64,000 nucleotides of DNA, taken from the NCBI GenBank assembly GCA_965219955.1, contig OZ244799.1:1696001-1760000 (forward strand), read 5' to 3'. The position numbers were made by a program, and so were the translations under genes. Of the stretch, positions 46,223-55,945 are shown piece after piece. Each line of letters opens with the position of its first letter. Position 1 is the first letter of the stretch. The notes beneath the pieces are model-generated. The model was given only the letters and a program-made list of their open reading frames with translations, ran no database searches and was not told the origin of the DNA. The DNA comes from a bacterium. Lineage in GTDB: Bacteria > UBA8248.

Positions 46223-46386
46223 GGGGCTGTTGAAAAAGTCCTCTCAAGCGGTGGGGATAAGATGGTTTTGTAGGGACAACCCTCCGTGGTTGTCCTTTGC
46301 GGGATGGTTGCCGTCAGGACAGGCACGGAGGCCTGTCCCTACGGCGAACAATCTCGAAGGTCGGATAGGGCTTTTTCAACGACCCC
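46223..46386. mobile_element. MITE-like element carrying a REP doublet
   Basis: Inverted ends GGGGCTGTTGAAAAAGTCC / GGGCTTTTTCAACGACCCC enclose the REP doublet at 46270-46342. Confidence 0.65.
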
Positions 46387-46444
46387 CTTTCGGGGCGGAT
46401 ATGGCCTTTGAGTGAGGAGACAGCAGGTAATCTTTGCGAAAAAT

Positions 46445-47314
46445 TTACGAAATCATGGAGAGAATCAGGGGCGTTACGTGGCAGATGCTCGGATTCGCGG
46501 CATCCGACAGCAAGGTGTCCGCACCTTTCCCGTAGAGCAATATGGGTACGGGGTTTCCGGTGTGCGCGGAGGTTTCCATGTCCTCCACGTTGCCGTGATC
46601 GCTGCTGAGAACGAACGTATCTTCATCCGGGTCGAGCCGCCGGAGCGCGGCCTGCAGGAAGCGGTTCAAGTCCGCCAGAACTTCAGCGGCCTCCTCCACG
46701 GTTCCGCGGTGTCCGACGTGGTCGGTCTTAAAAAACTCATAGACCAGCAAATCCTTTGCGCGCGCCATATCTCCCAGGCGAGCGCCCGCCTCCCCTGCGT
46801 CCAGCGTCGCGACATCATGGCCCTGCTCGACGATAATCGCGTTCGTGTAGTCGCGGTAAACGGCCCTCCCCTCGACGAGATCCTCGAGGCGGTTCAGCCG
46901 CATTCCCGCGCTCTCGGCCATCACCGTGGTCACCGAGCGGATGCGGTTTCTGCCGCGCATGAAAAAACGGGGCGTATACGTGTTGGCGAACCCGACGGCG
47001 GCACCTCTCTCGCGGGCGCGCCTCAAGAGTCCGTTTCGGGCGATGATGCGGCGCAACTGCGTATTCGGCAGTGCCTGAATGTGCCTTCCCACCGCCTTGG
47101 GCGCGTTCACGCCCGTGAACAAGGCGGTCCCGCCCGTCGCGCTCTGGGGGATACCCTCGACGCCGAGGCAGGCGTCCGCCTCGATGAGGCGGAAACCGGC
47201 CGTCTCGTTTCCGCACAAAAGCCCCAGCGGAGGCTCCTTCACGCGGGAGAGCGGATTGCCCGGCGCAGGCGGTGCGATCCCCAGGCCGTCCACGAACACG
47301 AAAAGAACGGACAT
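46445..47314 (-). CDS. Alkaline phosphatase superfamily metalloenzyme (phosphoglycerate mutase-like)
   Basis: [26 protein letters not shown] and HTGNPVP motifs. Confidence 0.8.
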   Translation of the reverse strand: MSVLFVFVDGLGIAPPAPGNPLSRVKEPPLGLLCGNETAGFRLIEADACLGVEGIPQSATGGTALFTGVNAPKAVGRHIQALPNTQLRRIIARNGLLRRARERGAAVGFANTYTPRFFMRGRNRIRSVTTVMAESAGMRLNRLEDLVEGRAVYRDYTNAIIVEQGHDVATLDAGEAGARLGDMARAKDLLVYEFFKTDHVGHRGTVEEAAEVLADLNRFLQAALRRLDPDEDTFVLSSDHGNVEDMETSAHTGNPVPILLYGKGADTLLSDAANPSICHVTPLILSMIS

Positions 47315-47315
47315 G

Positions 47316-48335
47316 CTACAGCGTTCTTCCGGCGGCCTCTGCGAAAACCTTGAGTTCATCGACGAGGGCGGCGAACTTCTCGGGTTTGAGCGACTGCGGC
47401 CCGTCGCTCATCGCCCTCTCGGGTTCGGGGTGCATCTCCAGCATCAGGCCGTCCGCCCCGACGGCCACGGACGCCTTCGCCAGGGGCGCGACGAACCGCC
47501 AGGCGCCCGCCGCGTGGCTCGGGTCCACCACGACCGGCAAATGCGTCTGCTCCTTGAGCACGGGCACGGCGCTGATGTCCAGCGTGTTGCGCGTGGCCGT
47601 CTCGAAGGTGCGTATCCCCCGCTCGCACAGCACGACGTTCGGGTTCCCCTGGCTCATGATGTATTCGGCCGACATCAGGAACTCTTCGATGGTCGTGGAC
47701 ATGCCGCGCTTCAGGAAAATGGTCTTCTTCGTCTTGCCGACTTTTTTCAGCAGCGAGAAGTTCTGCACGTTGCGCGCGCCGATTTGCAGCACGTCCGCAT
47801 ACTCGCAGCACACGTCGATGTCTTCTGAATCCATGACTTCCGTCTGGATGGGAAGCCCCGTCTTCTCGCGCGCCTCGGCGAGGAGCTTCAGGCCTTCTTC
47901 CGCCATGCCCTGGAAGCTGTAAGGGGAGGTGCGCGGCTTGTAGGCGCCGCCTCTCAGGACGTGGCCGCCACCCGTTTTGACCACATCGGCGGATTCCATG
48001 ATCTGCTCCCTGCTCTCCACGGAGCACGGCCCGCCGACGATGATGATTTGATCACCCCCGATTTCCACTCCCTCGCCCATCGGCAACTGGCTGCGCTCGG
48101 GCCTTCCCTCCGCGCTCGCCAGTTTGAAGGGCTTGAGAATGGGCATCGCGCTTTCCACTCCATTCAAAGAAACAAGTGATTCCAGCATGTATTTCCCCCG
48201 TTCATCCCCGATGGCACCGATCACCGTACGCTCCACCCCTTTGATGACGTGCTCCTTGTAGCCGAGTTCATTGATCCTGCCGATGGCGTTCTGAATTTCC
48301 TCATCCGTCGCGCCCTGCTTCATCACGATAATCAA
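47316..48335 (-). CDS. aroF: 3-deoxy-7-phosphoheptulonate (DAHP) synthase, type I-beta with N-terminal regulatory domain
   Basis: [23 protein letters not shown] and DPSH motifs. Confidence 0.93.
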   Translation of the reverse strand: MIIVMKQGATDEEIQNAIGRINELGYKEHVIKGVERTVIGAIGDERGKYMLESLVSLNGVESAMPILKPFKLASAEGRPERSQLPMGEGVEIGGDQIIIVGGPCSVESREQIMESADVVKTGGGHVLRGGAYKPRTSPYSFQGMAEEGLKLLAEAREKTGLPIQTEVMDSEDIDVCCEYADVLQIGARNVQNFSLLKKVGKTKKTIFLKRGMSTTIEEFLMSAEYIMSQGNPNVVLCERGIRTFETATRNTLDISAVPVLKEQTHLPVVVDPSHAAGAWRFVAPLAKASVAVGADGLMLEMHPEPERAMSDGPQSLKPEKFAALVDELKVFAEAAGRTL

Positions 48336-48378
48336 GATAAATCTCCTTTTTCCCTCTCGGAACTCTCATGTAATCATC

Positions 48379-48411
48379 AAAAAAAATCGCCGTGAGGCTC
48401 TCCCACGGCGA
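48379..48411 (-). terminator. aroF attenuator terminator
   Basis: TCGCCGTGGG-AGAGC-CTCACGGCGA followed by T8. Confidence 0.85.
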
Positions 48412-48465
48412 GTGTTTCTCTATTTGACCGTGGCGCCGGGCTGCCCGCCCGCCGCCGTTCGTTTT

Positions 48466-48546
48466 CTACATAACGGCGCGCGGACGGACGGGGATAAAGC
48501 CGAAAAAGCAATACCCGCCGCAATATCTTCTCATCGTCCGCATCAT
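48466..48546 (-). CDS. Phe/Tyr-rich leader peptide (MMRTMRRYCGGYCFFGFIPVRPRAVM)
   Basis: 26-aa ORF with 2 Tyr and 3 Phe, a GAGG RBS, and alternative hairpins upstream of aroF. Confidence 0.7.
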   Translation of the reverse strand: MMRTMRRYCGGYCFFGFIPVRPRAVM

Positions 48547-48650
48547 GACCGCCTCTGGAATCTCAGGAAATTGCATTCGTATCGAAAAAGCGCCTTAAGA
48601 TAATCCCGCAAACTTACATGAGTCAACCCCTTGGACGCGGATATTTCAGA

Positions 48651-49817
48651 TTATTTCGGCCTCCGCGCCACTTCGGTGAGTCTTCGCCGATCCTTCCCCG
48701 ACGGTCTGAGCAGCCTGCCCCCCAGGACCACGTGCGTCGCCTCGAGCATCCGGTCCCCCGTGCGCCGTGACCCCATGGCGTCCTCGAATACGAACCTGCC
48801 CTCCTTCACCCGGAACACGGCGACGTCGCCCCGCGCGCCTTTCTTGAGCGTCCCCACCTCCCCCTTGAGGCCAATCCACTCGGCCGCCGTCTGCGTGCTG
48901 AGGCGCACCACCTCCGCAAGGGGGAGCCCCAGGGCCAGGAACTTGCTCATGAGGCTGGGAAAATCATACACCGGGCCGTGGATGCAGTGCGTATGGAGGT
49001 CCGTGCTCAGGTTCCCCGGCATCAGGCCCTGCGCCATGGCTTGCTCCATGATCTCGAAGCTGAAGCTCGAGCGCCCGTGCGCCACGTCGAGCAGCACGCC
49101 GGAATCCCTCGCCTCCCACACCGCGCGGCGCACCCGGCCCCGTGCGTCGAGTATGTTCTCCCGCCTGCCGTGAAAGGCGTGCGTGAGCACGTCGCCCGGA
49201 CGCAGCCGCTTCAGGATGCTCGGCAAAGAGGAAGGCGTGTCACCCACGTGCGCCATGAGGGGGACTTTCAGGAACTCCGCCGCTTCGAGCGCCGCATCCA
49301 GGGGTTTGGCGCCGCTTCGCTCCACCACGTTATCGCTCAAGCGCACCTTCATGCCGATCAGGTATTTCCGGTGCTTCTGGTAACAATCCACCGCCCTGTC
49401 GGCGCGCAGCGCGCGCATGTCGATGTTCTCGCCGAGGCCGTCTATCAGGAGCCCGCCTTCAGAGATGTTCAAGTACGCGCGCACCGTCGGGCGCGCTTTC
49501 TCCAGGAACCATTCCTGGAAACCCGGGTACGTCTGCGCGCCGGCGCTGCCCGTATCGACCGCCGTCGTGACGCCGCGCGAGAGCATGGCGGTTTCCAAAT
49601 TCACGCCGTAGTGCGTAAAGCCCTCATAAAAATGGCAGTGGAGGTCGACCAGGCCGGGGGTGACGATTTTTCCCCGCGCGTTGAGCGTCTGCCTGCCCCT
49701 CGGCTCGACGTGGGGAGCGACTCTCCGCACGCGGCCGCGAACGATCTCCACGTCCATCGTCCCCTCCAGACCCTGCGAGGGATCGACCACGTATCCGCCG
49801 CGAATGACGAGGTCCAT
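48651..49817 (-). CDS. Amidohydrolase/deacetylase family metallohydrolase (dihydroorotase-like)
   Basis: PGLVDLHCH, GVTTAVDTGSAG, THAFHG and STDLH motifs. Confidence 0.85.
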   Translation of the reverse strand: MDLVIRGGYVVDPSQGLEGTMDVEIVRGRVRRVAPHVEPRGRQTLNARGKIVTPGLVDLHCHFYEGFTHYGVNLETAMLSRGVTTAVDTGSAGAQTYPGFQEWFLEKARPTVRAYLNISEGGLLIDGLGENIDMRALRADRAVDCYQKHRKYLIGMKVRLSDNVVERSGAKPLDAALEAAEFLKVPLMAHVGDTPSSLPSILKRLRPGDVLTHAFHGRRENILDARGRVRRAVWEARDSGVLLDVAHGRSSFSFEIMEQAMAQGLMPGNLSTDLHTHCIHGPVYDFPSLMSKFLALGLPLAEVVRLSTQTAAEWIGLKGEVGTLKKGARGDVAVFRVKEGRFVFEDAMGSRRTGDRMLEATHVVLGGRLLRPSGKDRRRLTEVARRPK

Positions 49818-50030
49818 GCGCAAGACTCCTCAAGCGAAAAGGGCGCATGCCGAGAGCTTCGGCGAACGCCTGAGCGAACGAAATTGGATCCGGGGCATTA
49901 TTCCTCCGCAAGCGTTGAGGCGCAATCGCTGCGAAGAGGGATGAAACGCCTCCCGCGTAAATCGACGCAAAATTGACAAAGCGAAAGCGTGAAATTATAT
50001 TGCGGATACCCATGGACAAGGAGAAACGAG

Positions 50031-50210
50031 ATGGGCCGGAACGTCGCGAAGAATCTCGAAGATGTCGCGGACCACGAGGAAACCGGAGAGTTCGAAGACG
50101 CCGTCGACGCCGAAATGGCCGAGAAAATACTGAGAGATATCGAAAAAGGGCGTGAGAAACTCGTATCGGGAAAAGAATTAACCGAGACCCTTGATCGCAT
50201 CACCATCTAA
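50031..50210 (+). CDS. Small acidic hypothetical protein, antitoxin-like
   Basis: AGGAG RBS; EDAVDAEMAEKILRDIEKGREKLVS resembles the C-terminus of RelB/DUF6290-type antitoxins. Confidence 0.4.
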   Translation: MGRNVAKNLEDVADHEETGEFEDAVDAEMAEKILRDIEKGREKLVSGKELTETLDRITI

Positions 50211-50317
50211 TGGCTGAGAAGGAACTGTTCATTAACTTATCGAAATAAAATGATGCAAGGCCTCCATCAGCTTGCCCGTCTCACTCCAATCCAAAATCAA
50301 ACCGCTGGAGCCATGAA

Positions 50318-51490
50318 ATGAGTCTGCAAACGGAAACCACGCTGCAATTCGACCTCGACGAAACCCAGAAGATGCTCCGCCAGACGGTGCGCGAACTCTC
50401 GGAGCGCTACATCGCCCCGCGGGCCGCCGACATCGACGAGAACGAGGAATACCCAGAAGACATCTACCAGCTCCAGAAAGAACACGGCCTGCTCGGCATC
50501 TTCTTCCCCGAGGAATACGGGGGCGGCGGCATGGGCTTTCTGGGCGGCTGCATCGCCATCGAGGAGATCGCGCGCGTCTGCTCGAACTCTCCGCTGTTCA
50601 TCGTGCTCAACATGCTATCGAGCCGCGTCATCGACCTGAGCGGCACGCAGGAGCAGAAAGACCACTACATGACGGGCCTGGCGAAGGGCGAACTCAGGGG
50701 CTCCTACGCCCTCACCGAGCCCCACGCGGGCTCGGACGCCGGCAACATCCGCACGCGCGCCGTCAAGGAGGGCGACGAGTGGGTCATCAACGGCACGAAG
50801 TGCTTCTGCACGGGGCCCGACAAGGCGGACTTCATCACCGTCGCCGCCAAGACGGACCCCCACGCGGGCACGCGCGGCATCACCTACTACATCGTGCCCA
50901 CCGACGCGCCGGGCTTCAGCATCGCCAAGCACGAGCGCAAGATGGGGATGCGCGGCATCGCCACCTGCATGCTCAACCTCGACAACGTGGCCGTCCCGCT
51001 CGAGAACCAGGTGGGCGATCTGAACGGGGGCTTCAAGACCGCGATGATCGGCTTCAACCAGATGCGGCCCGCCATCGGCTCGCGCGCGGTGGGTCTGGCC
51101 CAGGGATGCCTCGACTACGCGGCGAACTACGCCAAGGAGCGCGAGGCGTTCGGCAAGCCCATCGCCCAGCACCAGGCCGTGCAGTTCATGCTGGCGGACA
51201 TGTTCATGGACATCGAGGCGGCGCGGCTGCTCGTCTACCGCGCGGCGGCGATGGTGGACGCCGGCCGGATCGGCAAGGAGAACGCCAGGTACTTCTCGAC
51301 GGCCAAGACCTACGCGGCCGACATGGCGATGAAGTGCGCGATAGACGGCATTCAGGTCCTCGGCGGGGCGGGCTACATGAAGGACCACCCGCTAGAGCGG
51401 TTCATGCGCGACGCCAAGCAAATCCAGATCGTCGAGGGAACGAGCCAGATACAGCGGATGATCATCGCCCGGAACCTGCTCGACCTCTAG
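50318..51490 (+). CDS. Acyl-CoA dehydrogenase (paralog 1)
   Basis: ALTEPHAGSD, WVINGTK, KMGMRG, REAFGKPI and IVEGTSQIQR motifs. Confidence 0.93.
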   Translation: MSLQTETTLQFDLDETQKMLRQTVRELSERYIAPRAADIDENEEYPEDIYQLQKEHGLLGIFFPEEYGGGGMGFLGGCIAIEEIARVCSNSPLFIVLNMLSSRVIDLSGTQEQKDHYMTGLAKGELRGSYALTEPHAGSDAGNIRTRAVKEGDEWVINGTKCFCTGPDKADFITVAAKTDPHAGTRGITYYIVPTDAPGFSIAKHERKMGMRGIATCMLNLDNVAVPLENQVGDLNGGFKTAMIGFNQMRPAIGSRAVGLAQGCLDYAANYAKEREAFGKPIAQHQAVQFMLADMFMDIEAARLLVYRAAAMVDAGRIGKENARYFSTAKTYAADMAMKCAIDGIQVLGGAGYMKDHPLERFMRDAKQIQIVEGTSQIQRMIIARNLLDL

Positions 51491-51503
51491 GGGCAAGCCG
51501 GGG

Positions 51504-52670
51504 GTGACGGGTAAGGTGGATACAGGGGGCGCGTTCGAACTTGACGAAGCCCAGCGGATGCTGGCCGAGACGGTGTATGAACTGAGCCGACGCCACGTCG
51601 CGCCCCGCGCCGCTGCGATCGACGAGAACGACGAATACCCCGAAGACGTATTCCAGCTCTTGAAATCCCACGATCTGCTCGGCCTCTACGTTCCCGAAGC
51701 CTACGGCGGGGCGGGTCTGGGCATTCTGGAAACCTGCCTCGCCATCGAGCAGATGGCGCGGTTTTGCTCGAACTCCCCTCTTTTCTTCTCCGTCCACCTG
51801 CTCGCCACGCGCCCCGTCGCCATCGGCGGAAGCGAGGAGCAAAAGCGAACCTATCTCACCGGCGTCGCGCGGGGCGAATTGCGGCCCGCCTTCTCGCTCA
51901 CCGAGCCGCACGCGGGTTCTGACGCCGCGAACATATCGACGCGGGCGATACGGGACGGCGACTCGTGGGTCATCAACGGCGCCAAATGCTACTGCACGGG
52001 CTCGAGCGTTGCGGACTTCATCACCGTGGCGGCGAAAACGGAACCAGATAAAGGGGCGAAGGGCATATCGTTCTTCATCGTTCCCAGGGGGGAATTCCGC
52101 GTGGGCCGACATGAGCGCAAGATGGGGATGCGGGGCATCCCGACTTGTGAGGTGTTTCTCGAAAACGCGCGCGTACCGCTTGAAAACATGATCGGCGAGC
52201 AAGGCCTCGGCTTCAAGACGGCCATGCTGGGCTTCAACCAGGCGCGGCCCGCCATCGGCGCGCGGGGCGTGGGCCTGGCGCAGGGGTGTCTCGATTACGC
52301 ATCTGAATACGCCAGGGAGCGCGTAGCCTTCGGCAAGCCCATCGCCCAGCACCAGGCCGTGCAGTTCATGCTCGCCGACATGTTCATGGAAACCGAGGCG
52401 GCCCGTCTGCTCGTTTACCGCGCCGCCTCGATGGTGGATAATGGCCGCTACCGGAAAGAAGACGTGCATTTCATCTGCGCCGCGAAATGCTACGCCACCG
52501 ACGCCGCCATGAAGGCCGCCGTGGACGGCGTTCAGGTGCTCGGCGGCGCGGGCTACATGATGGACCATCCGCTCGAGCGGTTCATGAGAGACGCGAAGCA
52601 GTTGCAGATTATCGAGGGGACCAACCAGATCCAGCGCATGGTCATCGCCCAGAATTTATTGAGCTTATAG
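51504..52670 (+). CDS. Acyl-CoA dehydrogenase (paralog 2)
   Basis: SLTEPHAGSD and IIEGTNQIQR motifs; highly similar to paralog 1. Confidence 0.93.
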   Translation: MTGKVDTGGAFELDEAQRMLAETVYELSRRHVAPRAAAIDENDEYPEDVFQLLKSHDLLGLYVPEAYGGAGLGILETCLAIEQMARFCSNSPLFFSVHLLATRPVAIGGSEEQKRTYLTGVARGELRPAFSLTEPHAGSDAANISTRAIRDGDSWVINGAKCYCTGSSVADFITVAAKTEPDKGAKGISFFIVPRGEFRVGRHERKMGMRGIPTCEVFLENARVPLENMIGEQGLGFKTAMLGFNQARPAIGARGVGLAQGCLDYASEYARERVAFGKPIAQHQAVQFMLADMFMETEAARLLVYRAASMVDNGRYRKEDVHFICAAKCYATDAAMKAAVDGVQVLGGAGYMMDHPLERFMRDAKQLQIIEGTNQIQRMVIAQNLLSL

Positions 52671-52699
52671 TTTTTCGTTCCCCATTACGGAGATTCGAG

Positions 52700-53308
52700 A
52701 TGAGCCAGATGATCGAAATCGTAAAACCCACCTCTTTCGTCCGCGCGGGCGACCACCCCCTGGCGGAGCGGCCCGAAGACCTGGGGGGTCTCAAAGTCGG
52801 CTTTTTCCACAACAACAAGCCCAACGCCGACGTCCTTCTCGAGCGGATCGAGGAGTTGTTCGCCCAGGAGGACGAGACGCTGCGCTTCATCCGGTGGGGA
52901 AAGCCGAACCCCACCCTGCCCGAGGATCGCATCGAGGAATTCATCGCACAGGTGGACGTCGCCGTCTGCGCGGTGGGGGACTGAGGGAGCTGCACGTCAT
53001 GGAGTATCCATGACTCGGTGGAGATGGAAAAAGCGGGCGTTCCGACGGCCACGTTCTGCTCCAGTGAATTCTCGGCCCTGGGCGCGAACGAGAGAACGGC
53101 CTTGGGGATGCCCGGCCTCCCGATAGTCGTCGTGGCGCACCCGGTGGGCGGCATCGCGCCCGACCAGGCGCGCGCCCTGGGCGACGGCGCGGCGGGAGAG
53201 GTTCGGCGCATCCTCACGGGCGATGCCGAATCGCTCAGAAAAGAATACCGGGAGCGCGAATACGTCCCGCCCCGCAAGACGGTGCGCCACAAGGCGCTCT
53301 TCGCATAG
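52700..53308 (+). CDS. UGSC-family selenoprotein (Sec at codon 95, TGA 52982-52984)
   Basis: The ORFs ending at 52984 and starting at 53018 are in the same frame; readthrough gives AVGD-U-GSCTSWSIHD (UxxC); a hairpin begins 11 nt after the TGA. Confidence 0.85.
52993..53020 (+). promoter_or_regulatory. Bacterial SECIS-like element
   Basis: Perfect 8-bp stem GTCATGGA-GTA-TCCATGAC with a G-starting loop, extended by CAC/GTG. Confidence 0.75.
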
Positions 53309-53320
53309 GCGGGCTTCGGT

Positions 53321-54397
53321 GTGAATGACCACTCCCAGGAAAATCTCGCGTTCGAGAACGAACGCGTGAAGGTTCGCGACACGCCCGAGGCGATGGCGCG
53401 CCTGCTCGAAGCCCGGGGCTGGGGCGATGGTCTGCCCGTCGTTCCCCCCACGCCCGAGCGCGTCGCCCGGATGGTGGAGGGCGCAGGGCTCGCGCCCGAT
53501 GCGGAAATCGGCCTCATGCCCCCACGTCAGGGAGTCATCTCCACCGAGGCCCTCGCCGTGAACGCCGTGATGGCCGGCTGTCATCCGTCTTACATGCCCG
53601 TTCTGGTGGCCGCGGTCCGGGCGGTGCTGGCGCCCGAGTTCTCGCTCCACGCGATTCAGGCGACGACCCACCCGGTGGCGCCCCTCATCATCGTGAACGG
53701 CCCCATCGTCGGGGAAATCGGACTGAACGCGGAATATGGGTGCTTCGCCCCCGGAAACCGGGCGAACGCGACGATTGGCCGCGCGATGCGCCTGGCGCTC
53801 CTGAACGTGGGCGGCGCGAGCCCGGGCGTACTGGACCGCGCCACCCAAGGATCACCTGCGAAATACGCGTTCTGCATCGCCGAGAACGAGGCGGCCTCCC
53901 CCTGGGAGCCGCTGCATGTGGAGCGCGGCTTTGCGCCCGATGAGAGCGCCGTGACGCTCGTGGGCTGCGAGGGCCCCCACAACGTCAACGACCACGTGAG
54001 CCACACGGCGGAGGGCATCCTCGCCACCGCCGCCGACACGATGTCCATCATGGGGAGCAACAATTTCTACCTGCGCGGAGAACCCGTTCTCGCCTTGGGC
54101 CCCGAGCACGCGGCGACCATCGCGGGAGACGGCCTCACGAAGGCGGACGTGAAGGAGAGAATTTTCGAACTCGCCCGTAAGCCCGTGCGCCGGCTCAGGC
54201 GCGGCGCCATGTGGGGAATGCAGACCTGGGGCGAGGAAATAGCCGAACACGAAGACGACGATGATTTCGAGATCCCGCTTCTGGACGAACCGGACGATTT
54301 GCTCCTCATCGTGACGGGCGGGGCCGGCAAGCATTCGTGCTACATGCCCACCTTCGGCCCCACGCGCTCGGTGACCGGGCGAATCGATATGGTCTGA
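53321..54397 (+). CDS. Conserved hypothetical protein, UGSC-associated family
   Basis: GWGDGLPVVPPTPERV, AVNAVMAGC, NRANATIGRA and ENE..SPWEPLHVERG motifs; 12 nt downstream of the UGSC gene. Confidence 0.75.
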   Translation: MNDHSQENLAFENERVKVRDTPEAMARLLEARGWGDGLPVVPPTPERVARMVEGAGLAPDAEIGLMPPRQGVISTEALAVNAVMAGCHPSYMPVLVAAVRAVLAPEFSLHAIQATTHPVAPLIIVNGPIVGEIGLNAEYGCFAPGNRANATIGRAMRLALLNVGGASPGVLDRATQGSPAKYAFCIAENEAASPWEPLHVERGFAPDESAVTLVGCEGPHNVNDHVSHTAEGILATAADTMSIMGSNNFYLRGEPVLALGPEHAATIAGDGLTKADVKERIFELARKPVRRLRRGAMWGMQTWGEEIAEHEDDDDFEIPLLDEPDDLLLIVTGGAGKHSCYMPTFGPTRSVTGRIDMV

Positions 54398-54492
54398 GGA
54401 AAGCAGGAGTTCCCGACATCAGAGAAAGACGCCGCTATCGAATCGGTCGGAGATGACCCTCAAAAGGGAGGGTATCGCCGCGAATCGCTCTT

Positions 54493-55101
54493 TCAGGAAG
54501 CCTGCGAAACCGGGACCGGCGGCGGCAAAAGAGCCTCGGCCTGCTCCACGACGGATTCCAGAAAGCTCTCATCGGGGGAGACGCGCGACAGCACCCTGAG
54601 ACCCAGAAAAAGACCAAGCAAAGATTTTGCAGTCTGCTCCGGATCGACTTCAGGAGAAATCTCGCCGTTGGCCTGGCCCCGCTCGATGGAAGCGCGGAGA
54701 AACTCCGCCATGCCGGCGAACGCGCCGGCCACGAACGAAGCCACCTCCGGATCGTGCGCACCAAGCTCCAGGGCAACGTTTACTTCGAGGCAGCCGTCGC
54801 TCGAACCACTATCTATCACCTCCGAAGCGGCGGACTCGAACACGGACAGCACCGCCTTTCTCGGCGAGGCATGTTTTTCGAGCTCCTTGATCGGCGCCTC
54901 GCGATAGAGTTGGTCGTAGCGGCGAAGCGCCCGCAAGAACATCTCGCGCTTATCTCCAAACGCGTGGTACAAGCTCCCTCTGAAAAGGCCTGTGGCGTTC
55001 TCGAGATCTCGAATCGACGTTGCCGAATAGCCGTAACGCCAGAATTGGTTCATCGCTTTCATCAAAACCTCGTCCATATCGAACTTCGGCAGTTTTCCCA
55101 T
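54493..55101 (-). CDS. TetR/AcrR family transcriptional regulator
   Basis: FWRYGYSATSIRDLE.ATGL.RGSLYHAFGDK HTH; GCL motif in the C-terminal domain. Confidence 0.9.
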   Translation of the reverse strand: MGKLPKFDMDEVLMKAMNQFWRYGYSATSIRDLENATGLFRGSLYHAFGDKREMFLRALRRYDQLYREAPIKELEKHASPRKAVLSVFESAASEVIDSGSSDGCLEVNVALELGAHDPEVASFVAGAFAGMAEFLRASIERGQANGEISPEVDPEQTAKSLLGLFLGLRVLSRVSPDESFLESVVEQAEALLPPPVPVSQAS

Positions 55102-55245
55102 GGGTCCTCTCTCCATTTGCCTGGTGAAGCGCAAATTCCCTCGCATGTCACATCCCGGTTTGGCGGATCCGATCATAAAATCGAACAAATATCGCCCCAG
55201 ATTAGCACACGAAAAAGCCCATTTCACGAAAAATCGCACCCTGTC

Positions 55246-55856
55246 GGCGCTGTTGAAAACCACCCCCTGTCCCCCCTTTTCAAAGGGATAAAGGCAATGG
55301 ACCTCGACGAGGGGGGAGGTGGATGGAAAAACCCCTCTGACAAGGGGCTGTTGAAAAAGTCCTTCTTGTCAGGGGACAAAGGCACCCCCCCCTACCCCCC
55401 CTTGTCAGGGTTGTTGAAAAAGTCCTGATGAACGGAGATCGCAGGTTTTGTAGGGACAGGCCTCAGTGCCTGTCCTGACGAAGGACAACCACGGAGGGTT
55501 GTCCCTACAACCGCCAATCCTACTTTATCCGGCTTTTTCAACAGCCCCTTGTCAGGGGTCAAACGCGAGTGATGAACGAGCGTTTGCATAAGCCATTGAC
55601 GAGAAACACATCGTCTTGCAAAACCTCCCTCTTCGGTCGGTTTTGACCCCTGAAAAGGGGGGGTAGGGGGGGGCCTTTCAACAAATGAGGGGGCAATCGA
55701 ACCGACCGAGGAGGCGCCGCCCCGTAGGGACAGGCCTCCATGCCTGTCCTGATTCGAACCATCCTGCAAAAAGGACAACCACGGAGGGCGGGACAACCCC
55801 AAAGGGTTGTCCCTACAACCGCAACACCGACTGACGAGGGGTTTTTCAAAACCCCG
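55246..55856. repeat. Dense nested cluster of MITE-like ends, CCCCCCTACCCCCC hairpins and REP doublets
   Basis: Several (C/T)TGTTGAAAA and TTTTTCAA ends; REP doublets at 55450-55508 and about 55724-55816. Confidence 0.8.
55408..55547. mobile_element. MITE-like element with REP cargo and a target-site duplication
   Basis: GGGTTGTTGAAAAAGTCC / GGCTTTTTCAACAGCCC flanked on both sides by CTTGTCA (55401-55407 and 55548-55554). Confidence 0.7.
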
Positions 55857-55945
55857 TTCGCGTTGCCTCGGGATCGGCCCCGTGTTAGATTCCCTTCTCT
55901 GGGGAAGATGACCTTTCTTTTGATGAGATGCGAGGGGGAGAACCC

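Noticed and set aside
50318-52670. Specific ACAD assignment such as sulfinopropionyl-CoA desulfinase or butyryl-CoA dehydrogenase
   Set aside because: Only general ACAD motifs are visible; the substrate cannot be assigned without phylogeny.
52487-53308. Two separate small ORFs or a nonsense pseudogene
   Set aside because: The single in-frame TGA lies in a UGSC motif followed by a SECIS-like hairpin, so selenocysteine read-through is the better explanation.
55246-55856. CRISPR array
   Set aside because: The repeats are inverted, heterogeneous and irregularly spaced with no unique equal-length spacers, and there are no cas genes.
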